From positions 32,001-96,000 of the forward strand of contig JANOAV010000134.1 of NCBI GenBank assembly GCA_031411295.1: a stretch of DNA of 64,000 nt. The letters run 5' to 3'. This document shows, in pieces, positions 17,417-27,963 of this stretch. Under the pieces are notes generated by a model. It was not told the DNA's origin and made no database searches. It saw only the letters and a list, made by a program, of their open reading frames with translations. How positions within the stretch are numbered: the stretch's first letter is position 1; the number at the start of each line of letters is the position of its first letter. The DNA is from Verrucomicrobiales bacterium. Its GTDB lineage: Bacteria > Verrucomicrobiota > Verrucomicrobiia > Verrucomicrobiales > V1-33. The position numbers were made by a program, and so were the translations under genes.

Positions 17417-20400
17417 TTACGGCACCAATTGCAGCCTCAGGAAACAGCGATTCAGCGTGCTGGGGACGGCAAATTTTAGGCGGACGTTGGTGTCGCCATT
17501 GGGTTCGGTGCTGAGGAGTTGGGTGGTGGGCGTGGCGGGATTCCAGAGCGTGAGATCGGTGGAGAGATTGCCGAGCAGGGAAGTGTAAACGGCGTGAGGG
17601 CTTAAACGCAGTTCTAATTTGAGGAGGTTGTTGGGTCCGCTGGTTTCCATGCCAGTGAAGTTATAGTAGGCGGAACGGTTGGCGGGAACAGCAGCGGATA
17701 ACGGATCGGTCCCGAGCAGGAATTCGAGACGATTGCTGAGGCCGTCGTTATCGGAATCGTCGATGGGCCCGCTGCCGATGCTGAGGGACTGGGCCCAAGT
17801 GCTGAGGTTGTAGAGCACGGTGAGTTTGGCGCTCAGGCTGGTGGTGCTGCCGGTTAGGCTGGTAACGACGCAACGGTAGTCGGCTTCGTCATTTAAGCTC
17901 ACGCTGGTGAAATTCAGGACGTTCGCATTGGCTCCGCTGAGGTCCACTCCATTCCGCTGCCATTGATAACCGACGGTGTCGGCGGAACCGATGACGCGGA
18001 AACTGGCTGGTGTGGCCAGGGTGCGGACTAAGGGGCTGGGTTGCTCGTAGATGGCTGGTCCGGTGGTGATGGCGGCATTGGCATAACCTGGGGTGGGCGT
18101 CAGCGTTTGCACGTTGACGTCGCCATCGGGGAAACGACCGCCGGAGCCGGCCCCAAAGCGTCCGTAATTCAGGCTGTCGATGGCGGTGGTGATGGTGTCA
18201 TTTTGACTGAGTCGGAGGTATTCGCCTTGGCTGGAGAGGTTAAAGGAAATGGGCTGGGCGCTGATGGCCGTGGGCGGTGGGGCGAATCCGGGAGCGCTGG
18301 CGCTGAGGAAAGTGTCGTCCGTCTGATAGTAACCGAATCCTTGCGCACCAATGAAACTCAGCGGCGGGGCCTGCCATTTGCGACGTCCGCTTTCGCTGGG
18401 TTCATCGCCTAACCAGAGTTCGGCAGTGCTGACGGGATTGGCGGCGGGGTTGTAAATTTCAAGGAACTCAGGGGCAGTGCCAGTGGTATCGGCCAGCCAT
18501 TCATTGATGCGCAAACCGCTGGGGGAGGCCAGGGTGGCTGCCGCGGCGTTGGCTTGGCCTCGGGTAGGAGTTGTCAGTAACGTCCATGAGCCATCCGCTA
18601 GCCGTCCGATCGATTGATCGGCCAGCTGCGTGCCCCAGCGGACTCGATCCCGGATTTGTCCGCTGTAATTCAGTAGTTCCAGCGTATCGGACTGAGTGAG
18701 TGGCAGGCCGCAATTCAGTTCCGTGGTGGGCTGGGAGTAAAACGGATCCGCCCAAATGACTAGCAGAGCGCCTGGATCCATCGTTGTGTTAGGAATAGTC
18801 CACGTGGTGCCGGCAGCATTGCGGAGTTTCCACTGGATCAACTCGATGCTCACGCTCAGCGGATTCCTGAGTTCGATCCACGATGGCCGATGCGCCCAGG
18901 GCGCGGTGTCTCCGTTGCGATTGATCACCAGCACTTCGTTGAGCAACGGAGTGTCGGGGATGGGGACTTGATTTTCCACGCCTGGGCTGGGATAGGTCAG
19001 GGTCACCAGCGGCCCGACGCCATCACGAATGCGGCCTTGGGAAACGTCGGTGGCCTGGGCTCCGTAGGTTAGCGTGTCCAGTTGGACGTTACTTGAATCG
19101 CGCAAAGTGATGGTGGCTCCGGCCGCAGGAAGTTGCATGAGCACGGCATCGCCCCGCTGGGAACCATTGTCGCAGTAGAGGCGCACGTAGTCTTCATCGT
19201 TCAGCGCGCACAGGGAATCGATCCGGAAATATTCGCCACTTCGTTCGCAGTAGATCCCTGTTAGGATGATGGGATCGTTGCTGTCGATATTCGTTAATTC
19301 CAGCCAATCGCTCTGGCCTGGCGCAGGATTGGCGAGGACTTCATTAATCCGAAGTTGCGTGATCGGTGCGGTCGGCACAATATTATTTACCGATCCAGGT
19401 GTGGGAGATCCGAGTGACCAGACGGAGCCACTGCGACCGAAGGAAAGGCCCACGATCTGTGGTCCGTAACGCACGGAATCCACTGTAACCGTCGGACTGC
19501 TTTGCAGCGTAATTTGACCATGCGTGCGATCCATCGCCACCGGAATGCGCCAGCCTGCAAAGGTCTGCGGAGTGCAGGAAACCACGAGCCTTCCGCCAGC
19601 AGGAATGGTTTGCGGGGTCAGGAAACTAACCGAACCATCAGCGGCAGTGCCACTTGAGCCTACGGAAAGGGTCCAGTTGGTGATATCCACGGGATTGGTG
19701 CTGGGATTCAGCAACTCGATGAAATCAACTTGGGTTAGGTCCTCTCCACCACTGGCAAGAAACTCACTGATAACGATACTAGGTGCAGGCGGATTGGCGA
19801 CGGTATTGGCTTGGCCGGGAGAGCCCTTCAGGGCGGTGCTGGCGCGCCAGTTGCCAGGGTTTTGGAGATCCTTGGAGGGATCGATAATTTCCAGCGAGTA
19901 GCCACCGTTGTCCGGCGTGGATGGCCATGGGAGGGAACTTCCATATTCGACGCTGGAGACCAACGCACCAGCCGGCGTGTATAGGCTGAGGCGTTCACCC
20001 CCATTGTTGAGCGAGCCGCTGAAATACCCCAGCACGACCACGCCGGGATATTGTGAGGCGAAGGTGGTGGGATTATTATTGCTGGCCACCACGATGCGCT
20101 GACCGGGCACGAGCACGAGGCTGGCCGGGAAGACGAAATCCACGCCATCCAGATACCAGGACGTCATATCGATGGGCTGAGTGCCGTAATTTACCAACTC
20201 CACGAACTCCGCTGCGGAGCCGCCCTGGTTGCCTTTGGGGTTGTAGTTGATTTCAGAAATGGCCACGGTTGGGATTGGCGGACCAGCGCTGAGATTCAGC
20301 TCCAGCAGGGCGCTCCAGGGGCTGAAGGCAGCAAAGGCGAGGGCGGATCCGCTGGTGCCGCCCACCACAATGGCGGTGGTGTTAGCGACTCGCCAGATGC

Positions 20401-23400
20401 TGTTCTCGTTCTGCGTGCCAGCCGTAACTCTCACCCACGTGCCGCCAATCACTTCGCCATCTGCATCCCAGTCCGTGGCGCGATCCCACACGCCAGTGGC
20501 CCCTGTGCCTAACGTGGTGACAACATAGATGCCATTGGCCGCGCCCACACTTTGATTCTTCATCAGAATGCGATCCCCCGCCACCAAGGTGACGCCGTCC
20601 AGCACTATTGGCGTAGCCGTGAGCTGGCCACGCAGGCTGGTTCCACCGGTTTGCACATAGGTTCCCACGGAGGCAATGGACGCAACGCGCACGGTAGCCT
20701 TCTGCGGGAATCCAGCCAGGGTGGCGCGCGCCCGGGCTTTGACGACCATGGGTCCAGTAACGGCAAAGGGGGTGCTGTAGAGGGTGGCGGCAGCACGTGG
20801 CGTGCCGGTTTGATCATACTGCGGGCGGGGATCCGTGCCGTCGATGGTGTAGTAGATGTCCCCCGTGCTGCTGCCGGTGCCCGCAGCGGGCAGGGCTAGT
20901 TTTACCAAGGTGCCCGCAGGTAAATTGGCATCGCCTAATACCACGTCCGTGACGTTGTTCCGCAACTCCGGTGTGTTGAGAAAGGGATACAAGCCGTTGG
21001 TGCGATACTGCCCTAACACGGTGGTGGTGCGGTTGGGGAAATAGACCGTTTTCAGTCGTCGAATTTCATCATACCAGGCATTGGCCATCACCCCGGGCGT
21101 GAAGGTGCCCAGTTGATTCGCAGCGGTCCGCCCGAGATTAAATTTCAGCGCCCCGCTGGCCCAACTGCCGTTGTATTGCACCGCGGTCGTGTTGTCATAC
21201 CAACTTCCATTCCACGTATAGACTTGGTTGTAGGTGCCGCTGCTATAGGCGTGGACCTTGTAACGATAGTCGCCCCAGCGGGCCGACTCCAAGCAAATTC
21301 CATCCGGCCCTAGCACGGAAATCCATTTATCGAGTCGGGCGATATTTGCCGCAGGCGTCAAGGCTCCGCCCACGCGCACCAGGTGCCGCCAGGCGCGGTC
21401 TGCGAACTCCAGGCGATACTCCGCGTTGGTCTTCACTCGGGGATGAATCACCACGGGAGGAAACAGCCCCGGCGTGGTGGCGAACGTAGTCATGGCGCTG
21501 ATGCGATCCTCAGACTCATGCCAGAGGATGTTTTCCATGTCCCAGGGCATCGCTTTGAACGTGCCGCCGGGGGGACGGATGAAGTAGCAGTTCTTCATGT
21601 ATTTGGCCGAATCCGAACCATCGGTCGCCCAGTCGCGATGGGCCCCCCAAGTTTGCCAGATCATGTAATCTTCGAACCAGGGCAGGTCCAGATAGGTTTT
21701 CAGCGTCTCATATTTCGCGTTGGAGAAAGTGGAGAGATAGTCCGTCGGCGGGTCCGGAACATCGGTCGTGGGAGTGCCTCCGGTCCAACCGATCAGGGTT
21801 TTCAGGGAACTCCAAACGTTCCAGGAACCGCTCTTTAAGGTGGCGTAGCGATTCCCCGCAGCGGAGGTAACGCCCGTCGGTTGTTGCTCAATGACATCGT
21901 GCGAATCCTTGCCGCCTCCGCCCAGGTAGCTGGCGCTGAAGTCCTGCGCCTGGTCTTCCATCAGTTCATACGAGCCCCAGCAGACCCCATTGATAAAGAG
22001 ATTGCAGAAGCGATGGTGACTGGCCACCCGCCCCATATCGCGGAAGGAATTTTTGCAGAACGCCTCGCGCAAACGAATGCCACGGGAACGCTGGCTGGCA
22101 TCGCTATTAACCGGAAGAATGTCCGTCCCGCTTTGATGCAGCCAACTGCCGCCGAAGTCTCCGCGGAGGATGAGTTTGTCCCATTCCTTCACTGGGGAGT
22201 CGGGAAACAAGGAGGACTGAAGTTTCCCAGCGCCATACTTGCCTTTGAAGCGCAGGGTAAATCCATGTTTCGGATTCTTGAACGAATCGCGACTGGCATT
22301 CCCGTGGAGATCAATCCCGGCATCGATGGTGAAGACAGTGGTGCCGTCACCCTGGATGAGTTCCAGCGAGCAAGGCTTGGTCTTATCAATCTTCCAGCTC
22401 GCGGTAGCGCTTGAGGTGGGATAGAGCGGATCGCTTGGGGAGGTGCCGGTGTAAGTGGCTCCATTGGTGCCAAACATATCGGAGCCTTTCATGACCAACG
22501 ATAGCGCAGGCAGACTGTGCAAGGCGGTATTGATGCGCTCAAGGTTGGTTTTTCCCGTAGTGTTATTGACGGCACCGGTGTCGTCGTATTTGGTGGGGTC
22601 CGCATAGACTTTAGGGTCCATGCCGTAGTCCGCCGGGATCTGCCCTGCGGTTAAGTTATTGGCTCCGGTGGCGGTCCCGGTGGCGAATCCTGGTAGTGTG
22701 GCAACAGCGGTAAACGTAGCGTTGGTGCCCCAAGCGAACGGCAGCGGCGTGCCACCGGGCGCTGGAGGATCCGGTAAATTATCCGTCACCCCAGGCTTGT
22801 GATACGGCGGGTTCGGTTGATTCACCACCGTGCCAGGATAGAGGTAAGTGTGGGTCACGGCCTTGCTGGGAACTTTATCCGTGCCGAACGCAGCGAGGCG
22901 AAGGATCGTGGTGTTCGCAATATTTAACGGAGTGGTGTAAGCCGTGCTGGTGGTCACGGGAGGACTGCCGTCCAAGGTATAACGAATGACGGCAGTAGCG
23001 TCCGCACACGTTATGGCCACGGCAAAGGGTTCATTGAAGAACCCGCGTCCCACGCTGGGCACAGGCTCTGGAGTCAAGGCCGTGAGGAGGCTATCGGGAT
23101 TAGCCAGCCCGCCCAATTCCGGTGGTGCGGTGGGATTGGGTGTAGCGGAATTCGGCAAATTATACGCTCCCTGGGAAACACTGGGCGGGCTGAAATAACG
23201 CACCGCTCCGTTGGATGCCTGCGTGCCGTAGCTGAAGTCATAGCGTTGTTCCGGATAGTTCAACCATTGTGAGGATGGCGTTGTTTCCGGTGAGTCCGGC
23301 GGGAAAAGCGCCAGAGTGCCGCCGCTGACATTGAGCGCGAAATTCGTATGCAGATGACCGCTAGCGGGCTTGCGATCCTTACCCGAGGCCCAGACGACGA

Positions 23401-24316
23401 GTCGGCCACCTGCGGCCAGGGTGCGCGCTGGGAAGATCCACTGAGCTGGATTTTCCAGATCATCCGTCAACATCCAGCCCAATAAATTCACGCTAGTGGC
23501 ACCCGGATTATACAGTTCGATCCATGGCGAAGCATCCCAATTTTCATCGCGATAGCCATCCGCATCCGAACCCACCGCCACGACCGCAGCTGCATTGGCC
23601 GCCAGAAATTCCGTGATCACCACCGATCCCGCCGTGCCCAGCGTCACGCTCCAACCCGCTCCACCAAAGGCATTGCCAACCGCGTCCTGAATCCCGTGGC
23701 CCGCAGTCCAAGTGAAATTTACCGTGCCAGCAGCAGGCGACGGAAACGAGAAAACATACGGCCCCAGGTTCTCGCCCGTCATGCTAGTGGCTGCCATGCC
23801 ATTCACCAACAAGTCCGCGGCATTTACTCCAGTGACAATTTCACTGAAGGTCACCACGGCCTTGGTTAGCACTCCCACGGTGGATCCTGCCGCTGGCCGC
23901 ACGTAGTCGATTTCCTGGCCAGCCACGCTGGTGCGAAGTTTCCCTAAGGTGGGAGCAATGGTATCCGTCAGGGTGTAATTCCAGCCTGAGCCGGGAGCAA
24001 ATTCCCCCGTGCCAATGCCAGCGATGGTTTGATCTGGATCCCACGCCACGGCCACCGCACCAGGGCTGGGTTGGGGGAAACTGAACACATACGGCCCTGC
24101 TCCGGAGCCACCCAAGGTATCGGCCGGCTCCCCATTCACGATCAACGCCGTAGCCGCCACGCCCGTGACGGGTTCGTTGAAGGTGATGCTGATGCTAGTT
24201 AAGCTGGACACCGTGGTGCCCGGAGTGGGCGCGGTGACACTTACCGTGGGCGCGGCAAAGCCAGATGGGAGGCTAGCAACGAACGCTAAGACCGTGAGGC
24301 AACGGATCATTTTCAT
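17417..24316 (-). CDS. Giant secreted CotH-kinase / lamin-tail-domain protein with Ig-like and FN3-associated domains
   Basis: Signal peptide; several LTDs ('VVITEFLAAN', 'ISEINYNP', 'INEVLAN', 'INEWLA'); 'IRYTLDGS', 'YYTIDGTDP'; CotH motifs 'LFING..WGSYELME', 'HRDW', 'PWDME', 'ESARWGD'. Confidence 0.88.
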   Translation of the reverse strand: MKMIRCLTVLAFVASLPSGFAAPTVSVTAPTPGTTVSSLTSISITFNEPVTGVAATALIVNGEPADTLGGSGAGPYVFSFPQPSPGAVAVAWDPDQTIAGIGTGEFAPGSGWNYTLTDTIAPTLGKLRTSVAGQEIDYVRPAAGSTVGVLTKAVVTFSEIVTGVNAADLLVNGMAATSMTGENLGPYVFSFPSPAAGTVNFTWTAGHGIQDAVGNAFGGAGWSVTLGTAGSVVITEFLAANAAAVVAVGSDADGYRDENWDASPWIELYNPGATSVNLLGWMLTDDLENPAQWIFPARTLAAGGRLVVWASGKDRKPASGHLHTNFALNVSGGTLALFPPDSPETTPSSQWLNYPEQRYDFSYGTQASNGAVRYFSPPSVSQGAYNLPNSATPNPTAPPELGGLANPDSLLTALTPEPVPSVGRGFFNEPFAVAITCADATAVIRYTLDGSPPVTTSTAYTTPLNIANTTILRLAAFGTDKVPSKAVTHTYLYPGTVVNQPNPPYHKPGVTDNLPDPPAPGGTPLPFAWGTNATFTAVATLPGFATGTATGANNLTAGQIPADYGMDPKVYADPTKYDDTGAVNNTTGKTNLERINTALHSLPALSLVMKGSDMFGTNGATYTGTSPSDPLYPTSSATASWKIDKTKPCSLELIQGDGTTVFTIDAGIDLHGNASRDSFKNPKHGFTLRFKGKYGAGKLQSSLFPDSPVKEWDKLILRGDFGGSWLHQSGTDILPVNSDASQRSRGIRLREAFCKNSFRDMGRVASHHRFCNLFINGVCWGSYELMEDQAQDFSASYLGGGGKDSHDVIEQQPTGVTSAAGNRYATLKSGSWNVWSSLKTLIGWTGGTPTTDVPDPPTDYLSTFSNAKYETLKTYLDLPWFEDYMIWQTWGAHRDWATDGSDSAKYMKNCYFIRPPGGTFKAMPWDMENILWHESEDRISAMTTFATTPGLFPPVVIHPRVKTNAEYRLEFADRAWRHLVRVGGALTPAANIARLDKWISVLGPDGICLESARWGDYRYKVHAYSSGTYNQVYTWNGSWYDNTTAVQYNGSWASGALKFNLGRTAANQLGTFTPGVMANAWYDEIRRLKTVYFPNRTTTVLGQYRTNGLYPFLNTPELRNNVTDVVLGDANLPAGTLVKLALPAAGTGSSTGDIYYTIDGTDPRPQYDQTGTPRAAATLYSTPFAVTGPMVVKARARATLAGFPQKATVRVASIASVGTYVQTGGTSLRGQLTATPIVLDGVTLVAGDRILMKNQSVGAANGIYVVTTLGTGATGVWDRATDWDADGEVIGGTWVRVTAGTQNENSIWRVANTTAIVVGGTSGSALAFAAFSPWSALLELNLSAGPPIPTVAISEINYNPKGNQGGSAAEFVELVNYGTQPIDMTSWYLDGVDFVFPASLVLVPGQRIVVASNNNPTTFASQYPGVVVLGYFSGSLNNGGERLSLYTPAGALVSSVEYGSSLPWPSTPDNGGYSLEIIDPSKDLQNPGNWRASTALKGSPGQANTVANPPAPSIVISEFLASGGEDLTQVDFIELLNPSTNPVDITNWTLSVGSSGTAADGSVSFLTPQTIPAGGRLVVSCTPQTFAGWRIPVAMDRTHGQITLQSSPTVTVDSVRYGPQIVGLSFGRSGSVWSLGSPTPGSVNNIVPTAPITQLRINEVLANPAPGQSDWLELTNIDSNDPIILTGIYCERSGEYFRIDSLCALNDEDYVRLYCDNGSQRGDAVLMQLPAAGATITLRDSSNVQLDTLTYGAQATDVSQGRIRDGVGPLVTLTYPSPGVENQVPIPDTPLLNEVLVINRNGDTAPWAHRPSWIELRNPLSVSIELIQWKLRNAAGTTWTIPNTTMDPGALLVIWADPFYSQPTTELNCGLPLTQSDTLELLNYSGQIRDRVRWGTQLADQSIGRLADGSWTLLTTPTRGQANAAAATLASPSGLRINEWLADTTGTAPEFLEIYNPAANPVSTAELWLGDEPSESGRRKWQAPPLSFIGAQGFGYYQTDDTFLSASAPGFAPPPTAISAQPISFNLSSQGEYLRLSQNDTITTAIDSLNYGRFGAGSGGRFPDGDVNVQTLTPTPGYANAAITTGPAIYEQPSPLVRTLATPASFRVIGSADTVGYQWQRNGVDLSGANANVLNFTSVSLNDEADYRCVVTSLTGSTTSLSAKLTVLYNLSTWAQSLSIGSGPIDDSDNDGLSNRLEFLLGTDPLSAAVPANRSAYYNFTGMETSGPNNLLKLELRLSPHAVYTSLLGNLSTDLTLWNPATPTTQLLSTEPNGDTNVRLKFAVPSTLNRCFLRLQLVP

Positions 24317-24404
24317 AAGCAAAGCAAGGAGGGGACTGAGAGGACGGTGGCCCGGCTGTGGGGGAGCAGTTTGCGGCAGTAAATTGAATTCGTCTATCTT
24401 GTAG

Positions 24405-24447
24405 CAAAAAGCAGCCGGAGTGACAAGACCCCGGCTGCGATTTTTTT
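24405..24447 (-). terminator. Intrinsic terminator after the PEP-CTERM gene
   Basis: Minus strand gcagccgg-N12-ccggctgc followed by ttttt; a T-tract is also present on the other side. Confidence 0.7.
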
Positions 24448-24462
24448 TCAAGAGTTGACAGA

Positions 24463-25446
24463 CTATTTACGTTGCCGCCGCGCCAGCAGCGCGAGTCCGC
24501 CAAGCACCAGCAGGCTGGAGGGTTCGGGGACGGGAACCGCTCCGTTATTGATAGCCAGAGCCACCGCACGGATAAACATGGCCTCACCTTCAGGGGTGAG
24601 GTTTTCGTAACCGGCATTGCCCACGCCATTGTTTGGGGCGGCCGCAGCTTCGCGATTGCCGGCCAGAAACTGTAACCGATAGCCTCCCAAGATTTGCCCA
24701 GAAGAAACCGCGCCCGTGCCAGTCGTCGCCAAGGTGGTGCCAGCTGGCAGAGAGGCTATGTATGGGGAAGTGAGCCCCCCTACGAGTGAGGTGGCGATAA
24801 CAGTTCCACCAGCGTTGATGGTGCTGCCAGTGAGGTTACTGATGCCGCGGACATCTGCGGCACTGTCCGCAGGAAAGTTAATAACTTGTGAGATGCTATC
24901 AACCGTTGTGCTCCCAACCATGGAAGCGGACCCGATCAAGTAGGCCTGCACTGGATCTGTCGTGTTTGTGAAAGTCAGCGGGTTCAGCACCTGATCCGGC
25001 TGCACTGGCGCACCGGTGGTGGAGAACCATCCCAAGCGGCTAGAGCGGCTGAAGTAGGTGTTGGTGCTGATCAGCGGCTTCGTGATATCAACATTCCAAG
25101 GCTTGGTTTCCACCGCAGTATCGAAGAGGGCACTATTCCCAGAACGGCCTAGGATGACCACATCGTAGGTGTTCATGGTGGCTACGTCAGTTGAACTGAG
25201 GACGTTGGGGGTATCTGCGGGATTGAAACGAGTAACCGTATGTCCTGCGGCAGTAAGAATATTGATGAATCCTTGATCGCAGTATGGCCCAGTTCCGCCC
25301 GTAAATGTGCCGTTTGGGCTCTGGTTATTGTCGCTGGCCCCCGTGCCAACCAGTTGATCGGAAACCCAGACGATATTGGCCGCCGGCACCGTAGAGGTGA
25401 GGCCACCTAAGGAGAAGATGAGCGCGAGGAGAGGGTGTTTTTTCAT
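24463..25446 (-). CDS. PEP-CTERM sorting-domain surface protein
   Basis: Signal peptide; C-terminus 'VPEPSSLLVLGGLALLARRQRK'. Confidence 0.92.
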   Translation of the reverse strand: MKKHPLLALIFSLGGLTSTVPAANIVWVSDQLVGTGASDNNQSPNGTFTGGTGPYCDQGFINILTAAGHTVTRFNPADTPNVLSSTDVATMNTYDVVILGRSGNSALFDTAVETKPWNVDITKPLISTNTYFSRSSRLGWFSTTGAPVQPDQVLNPLTFTNTTDPVQAYLIGSASMVGSTTVDSISQVINFPADSAADVRGISNLTGSTINAGGTVIATSLVGGLTSPYIASLPAGTTLATTGTGAVSSGQILGGYRLQFLAGNREAAAAPNNGVGNAGYENLTPEGEAMFIRAVALAINNGAVPVPEPSSLLVLGGLALLARRQRK

Positions 25447-25593
25447 GGGGACGAATGAGGAATTCGTGTGTTTTAGAGAAAGGTGACGATTTTGACAAGA
25501 TTAAAATTAAAGAGTTTTAACAATCTGATTCAGTCGCACCATCGACCTGCCGTCGGCGTGAGAAGCTGGCAGCACGCTCGCTCGTTGCCGGTC

Positions 25594-26892
25594 CTAACGC
25601 TGGGCGGTGGCAGCCTTCGAGGGTTCTGTGAACTCCCATTTTTCAAACTTGCCCGTGGCATCCCAACCCGTGGTGGATTGCCAAGTCGTGAAGGTGGATC
25701 CTTGGACTTCACCAAACTGGTAACGAAGATTCTCCGCTCCTCCGGCAGAAAACCACGTATTGCCATCGACGGAATTTTCTCCGCCGCCCTTCACGGTCAG
25801 GGCCATGGACTTTTTCTCCGTGACCCAAAAATAATTTTCCCGCACCGTATTGCCAGAGGCATGTTGGATCCAGAGTTCCGCCTGGGGCTTGGCGTGCTGG
25901 GTGTTTTGGTAAAACTGGTTCCCTTCGAAGAGGCAATCCTGCACCCGACCCCGCTTGGTGTCGTATCCTCCGAAGACAAGTCCAGCCTTGTCGTTTTTAA
26001 AGAGGATATTACTCCTCACAATAATCCCCGAGGCGACAGTTCCTTTGTTCTCTGCGCCTACTTCGATGCCCAGGTCGCACTGGGTCACGACGTTGTCTTC
26101 GATGGTGATGTCCTTGCCTCCGTCCACGTAAATCCCTGCGGCATACCCATCGCCATAACTGCTCCGGGCGTTCTCCACCCGATTCCCCTTACAGATTCCT
26201 TCCCTGGCTACTTTGGTGGTGTCTTTGACGATGTCCCCTTCACCGCCGATGAAATCAATCCCAATGTTATTGACGTTGGTTATGCTATTGTTAGTGATGG
26301 AAAATTTCGTAACATTTCCATTGAGCGTCAGCGCTTCACTGGGGGCGGGTTCGCAATCGGTGATGGAATTCCCATCGATCACAATATCAGAAAGCGGGAC
26401 GTCTGCCTGGCTGCCATAGAAGCCGATCCCGATGGCATTCTTTCCTTTGCAGCGGGCGATGCGGCAATTCCGGATTTCATAGTGGCTGCCGCCCCCTTCG
26501 ATCATAATGGCGGCACTTTCCTTTTTATCCAGATTGTCCACCAAGCTGAGATTCTGAATGCGCAAGTAGCTTTGGTTCTCCGCGCGGATCAATTGCTGGC
26601 CCTTCACGCCCTTGCCGCTGATGGTGGCTCCGTCCTCGCCCAGCAGGGAGATCCAGCCCTTGGTGGCGGAACCGGAGTTATTAAACTCAACGCGCTCCGC
26701 ATAGACCCCGGGATGGACCAGCACGGTGTCGCCCGCCTCGCACTCTTCCAACGCGCGTTGAATGGTCCGCCATGGGCGTTCATTGCTGCCCGCTCCTTTG
26801 TCGTCATTGCCCTTCACATCCACATGATACACCTCTGCCTGCGACAGCAGCGGGCAGAGAAGGAGGAAAAGGCATTGGTAAATTGGGGGCAC
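25594..26892 (-). CDS. Secreted right-handed parallel beta-helix protein (DUF1565-type N-terminus)
   Basis: 'YHVD..GND...GS..RPWRTIQRA...AGDTVLVHPGVYAE'; Asn-ladder repeats such as 'NNIGIDFIG', 'GIYVDGG'. Confidence 0.85.
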   Translation of the reverse strand: MPPIYQCLFLLLCPLLSQAEVYHVDVKGNDDKGAGSNERPWRTIQRALEECEAGDTVLVHPGVYAERVEFNNSGSATKGWISLLGEDGATISGKGVKGQQLIRAENQSYLRIQNLSLVDNLDKKESAAIMIEGGGSHYEIRNCRIARCKGKNAIGIGFYGSQADVPLSDIVIDGNSITDCEPAPSEALTLNGNVTKFSITNNSITNVNNIGIDFIGGEGDIVKDTTKVAREGICKGNRVENARSSYGDGYAAGIYVDGGKDITIEDNVVTQCDLGIEVGAENKGTVASGIIVRSNILFKNDKAGLVFGGYDTKRGRVQDCLFEGNQFYQNTQHAKPQAELWIQHASGNTVRENYFWVTEKKSMALTVKGGGENSVDGNTWFSAGGAENLRYQFGEVQGSTFTTWQSTTGWDATGKFEKWEFTEPSKAATAQR

Positions 26893-26966
26893 GCGGTAAT
26901 TTATGCGAATTGCAAAAATAATTCAATCATCAACTGCGTGAAGTTCAATAACTTACGCGAACAAAC

Positions 26967-27920
26967 TTAAGGTTGGGCAGACCGGGGTTTTTCTCCGATG
27001 GCCAGGATGGTCTGGAAATGCGGCGGGGCTTCTTCCCGATCTACCAATGTAATGGCGATGTCTGTGAAGCCGGCTGTCTCCATAAATTGATACAACTCCA
27101 CCTCGGAAAAACCGAGCCACACGTCCTCATAGAGTTCCCGGGTCTGCTCGAAATCGTGTTTCAGCAAATCCAGCACCACGATGCGTCCGCCGGCCCGTGT
27201 GATGCGGAACGCTTCCCGCACGGCCTGTTGGGGCTTGCGGGCGTGATGCAACGACTGACTAAAGAAGGTGAGATCCACTTCTTCGTCGATTAGCGGAGGT
27301 GATTGAATGTCCCCCAGGCGATATTCCAAATTGGTAAAACCATTTTCCCGGGCCTTCTGCGAGCCATAGGAGACCATGGCATCGGAGTTATCCACGGCTA
27401 TGACGCGTTCCGCACGCTGCGCCAGCAATTGACTGAAGGTGCCCTCGCCCGCGCCCAAGTCAGCAATGATCTGCCTGGGCATGAGCTTGAGCAGCGTTTC
27501 CGCCAATCCTTTCCAAGTGCGGCCGGGGAGATAGCTGCGCCCGAATTTCCCCGCTAACTGATCGAAATACGCCCGGGCTTGGTCCGCACGTTTTTGCAGC
27601 GCCAAACGGAGCGCGCGTTTGTCATCGGCGGCTTCGGGCAACTCTTCCGCACTGGCCCGAATCAATTCCCGCAACTGGTGAGCCGCCCCCTTGGTTTCCG
27701 GGATGTCAGTCAGCGCGTAGATGCTATTCTTCCCCGCCCGCCGCACCTGCACCAACCCCGCCTGCTTGAGCAGCGCAAGTTGGGTGGAAATGCGGCTTTG
27801 TTTCATGCTCAGAATTTCCTGCAATTCGGCCACGCTGAGTTCCTCCTCGTCCAAGAGCAGGAGCATGCGCAAGCGAGTGGAATCGCTCAGCAATTTCAGG
27901 GATTCCAGAAAGAGTGACAT
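26967..27920 (-). CDS. ArsR HTH + SAM methyltransferase-domain regulator (SahR-like)
   Basis: 'SDSTRLRML...ELSVAEL...QSRISTQL..LKQAGLV'; 'ADLGAGEG', 'SQSLHH', 'WLGFS'. Confidence 0.88.
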   Translation of the reverse strand: MSLFLESLKLLSDSTRLRMLLLLDEEELSVAELQEILSMKQSRISTQLALLKQAGLVQVRRAGKNSIYALTDIPETKGAAHQLRELIRASAEELPEAADDKRALRLALQKRADQARAYFDQLAGKFGRSYLPGRTWKGLAETLLKLMPRQIIADLGAGEGTFSQLLAQRAERVIAVDNSDAMVSYGSQKARENGFTNLEYRLGDIQSPPLIDEEVDLTFFSQSLHHARKPQQAVREAFRITRAGGRIVVLDLLKHDFEQTRELYEDVWLGFSEVELYQFMETAGFTDIAITLVDREEAPPHFQTILAIGEKPRSAQP

Positions 27921-27963
27921 GAGCGTTGACGAAAGGCGACCCGGGGGTCCCGAGCGTTAGAAT

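Noticed and set aside
25483..26970. 495-aa + strand ORF
   Set aside because: Antisense shadow of the beta-helix gene, which has a signal peptide and clear motifs.
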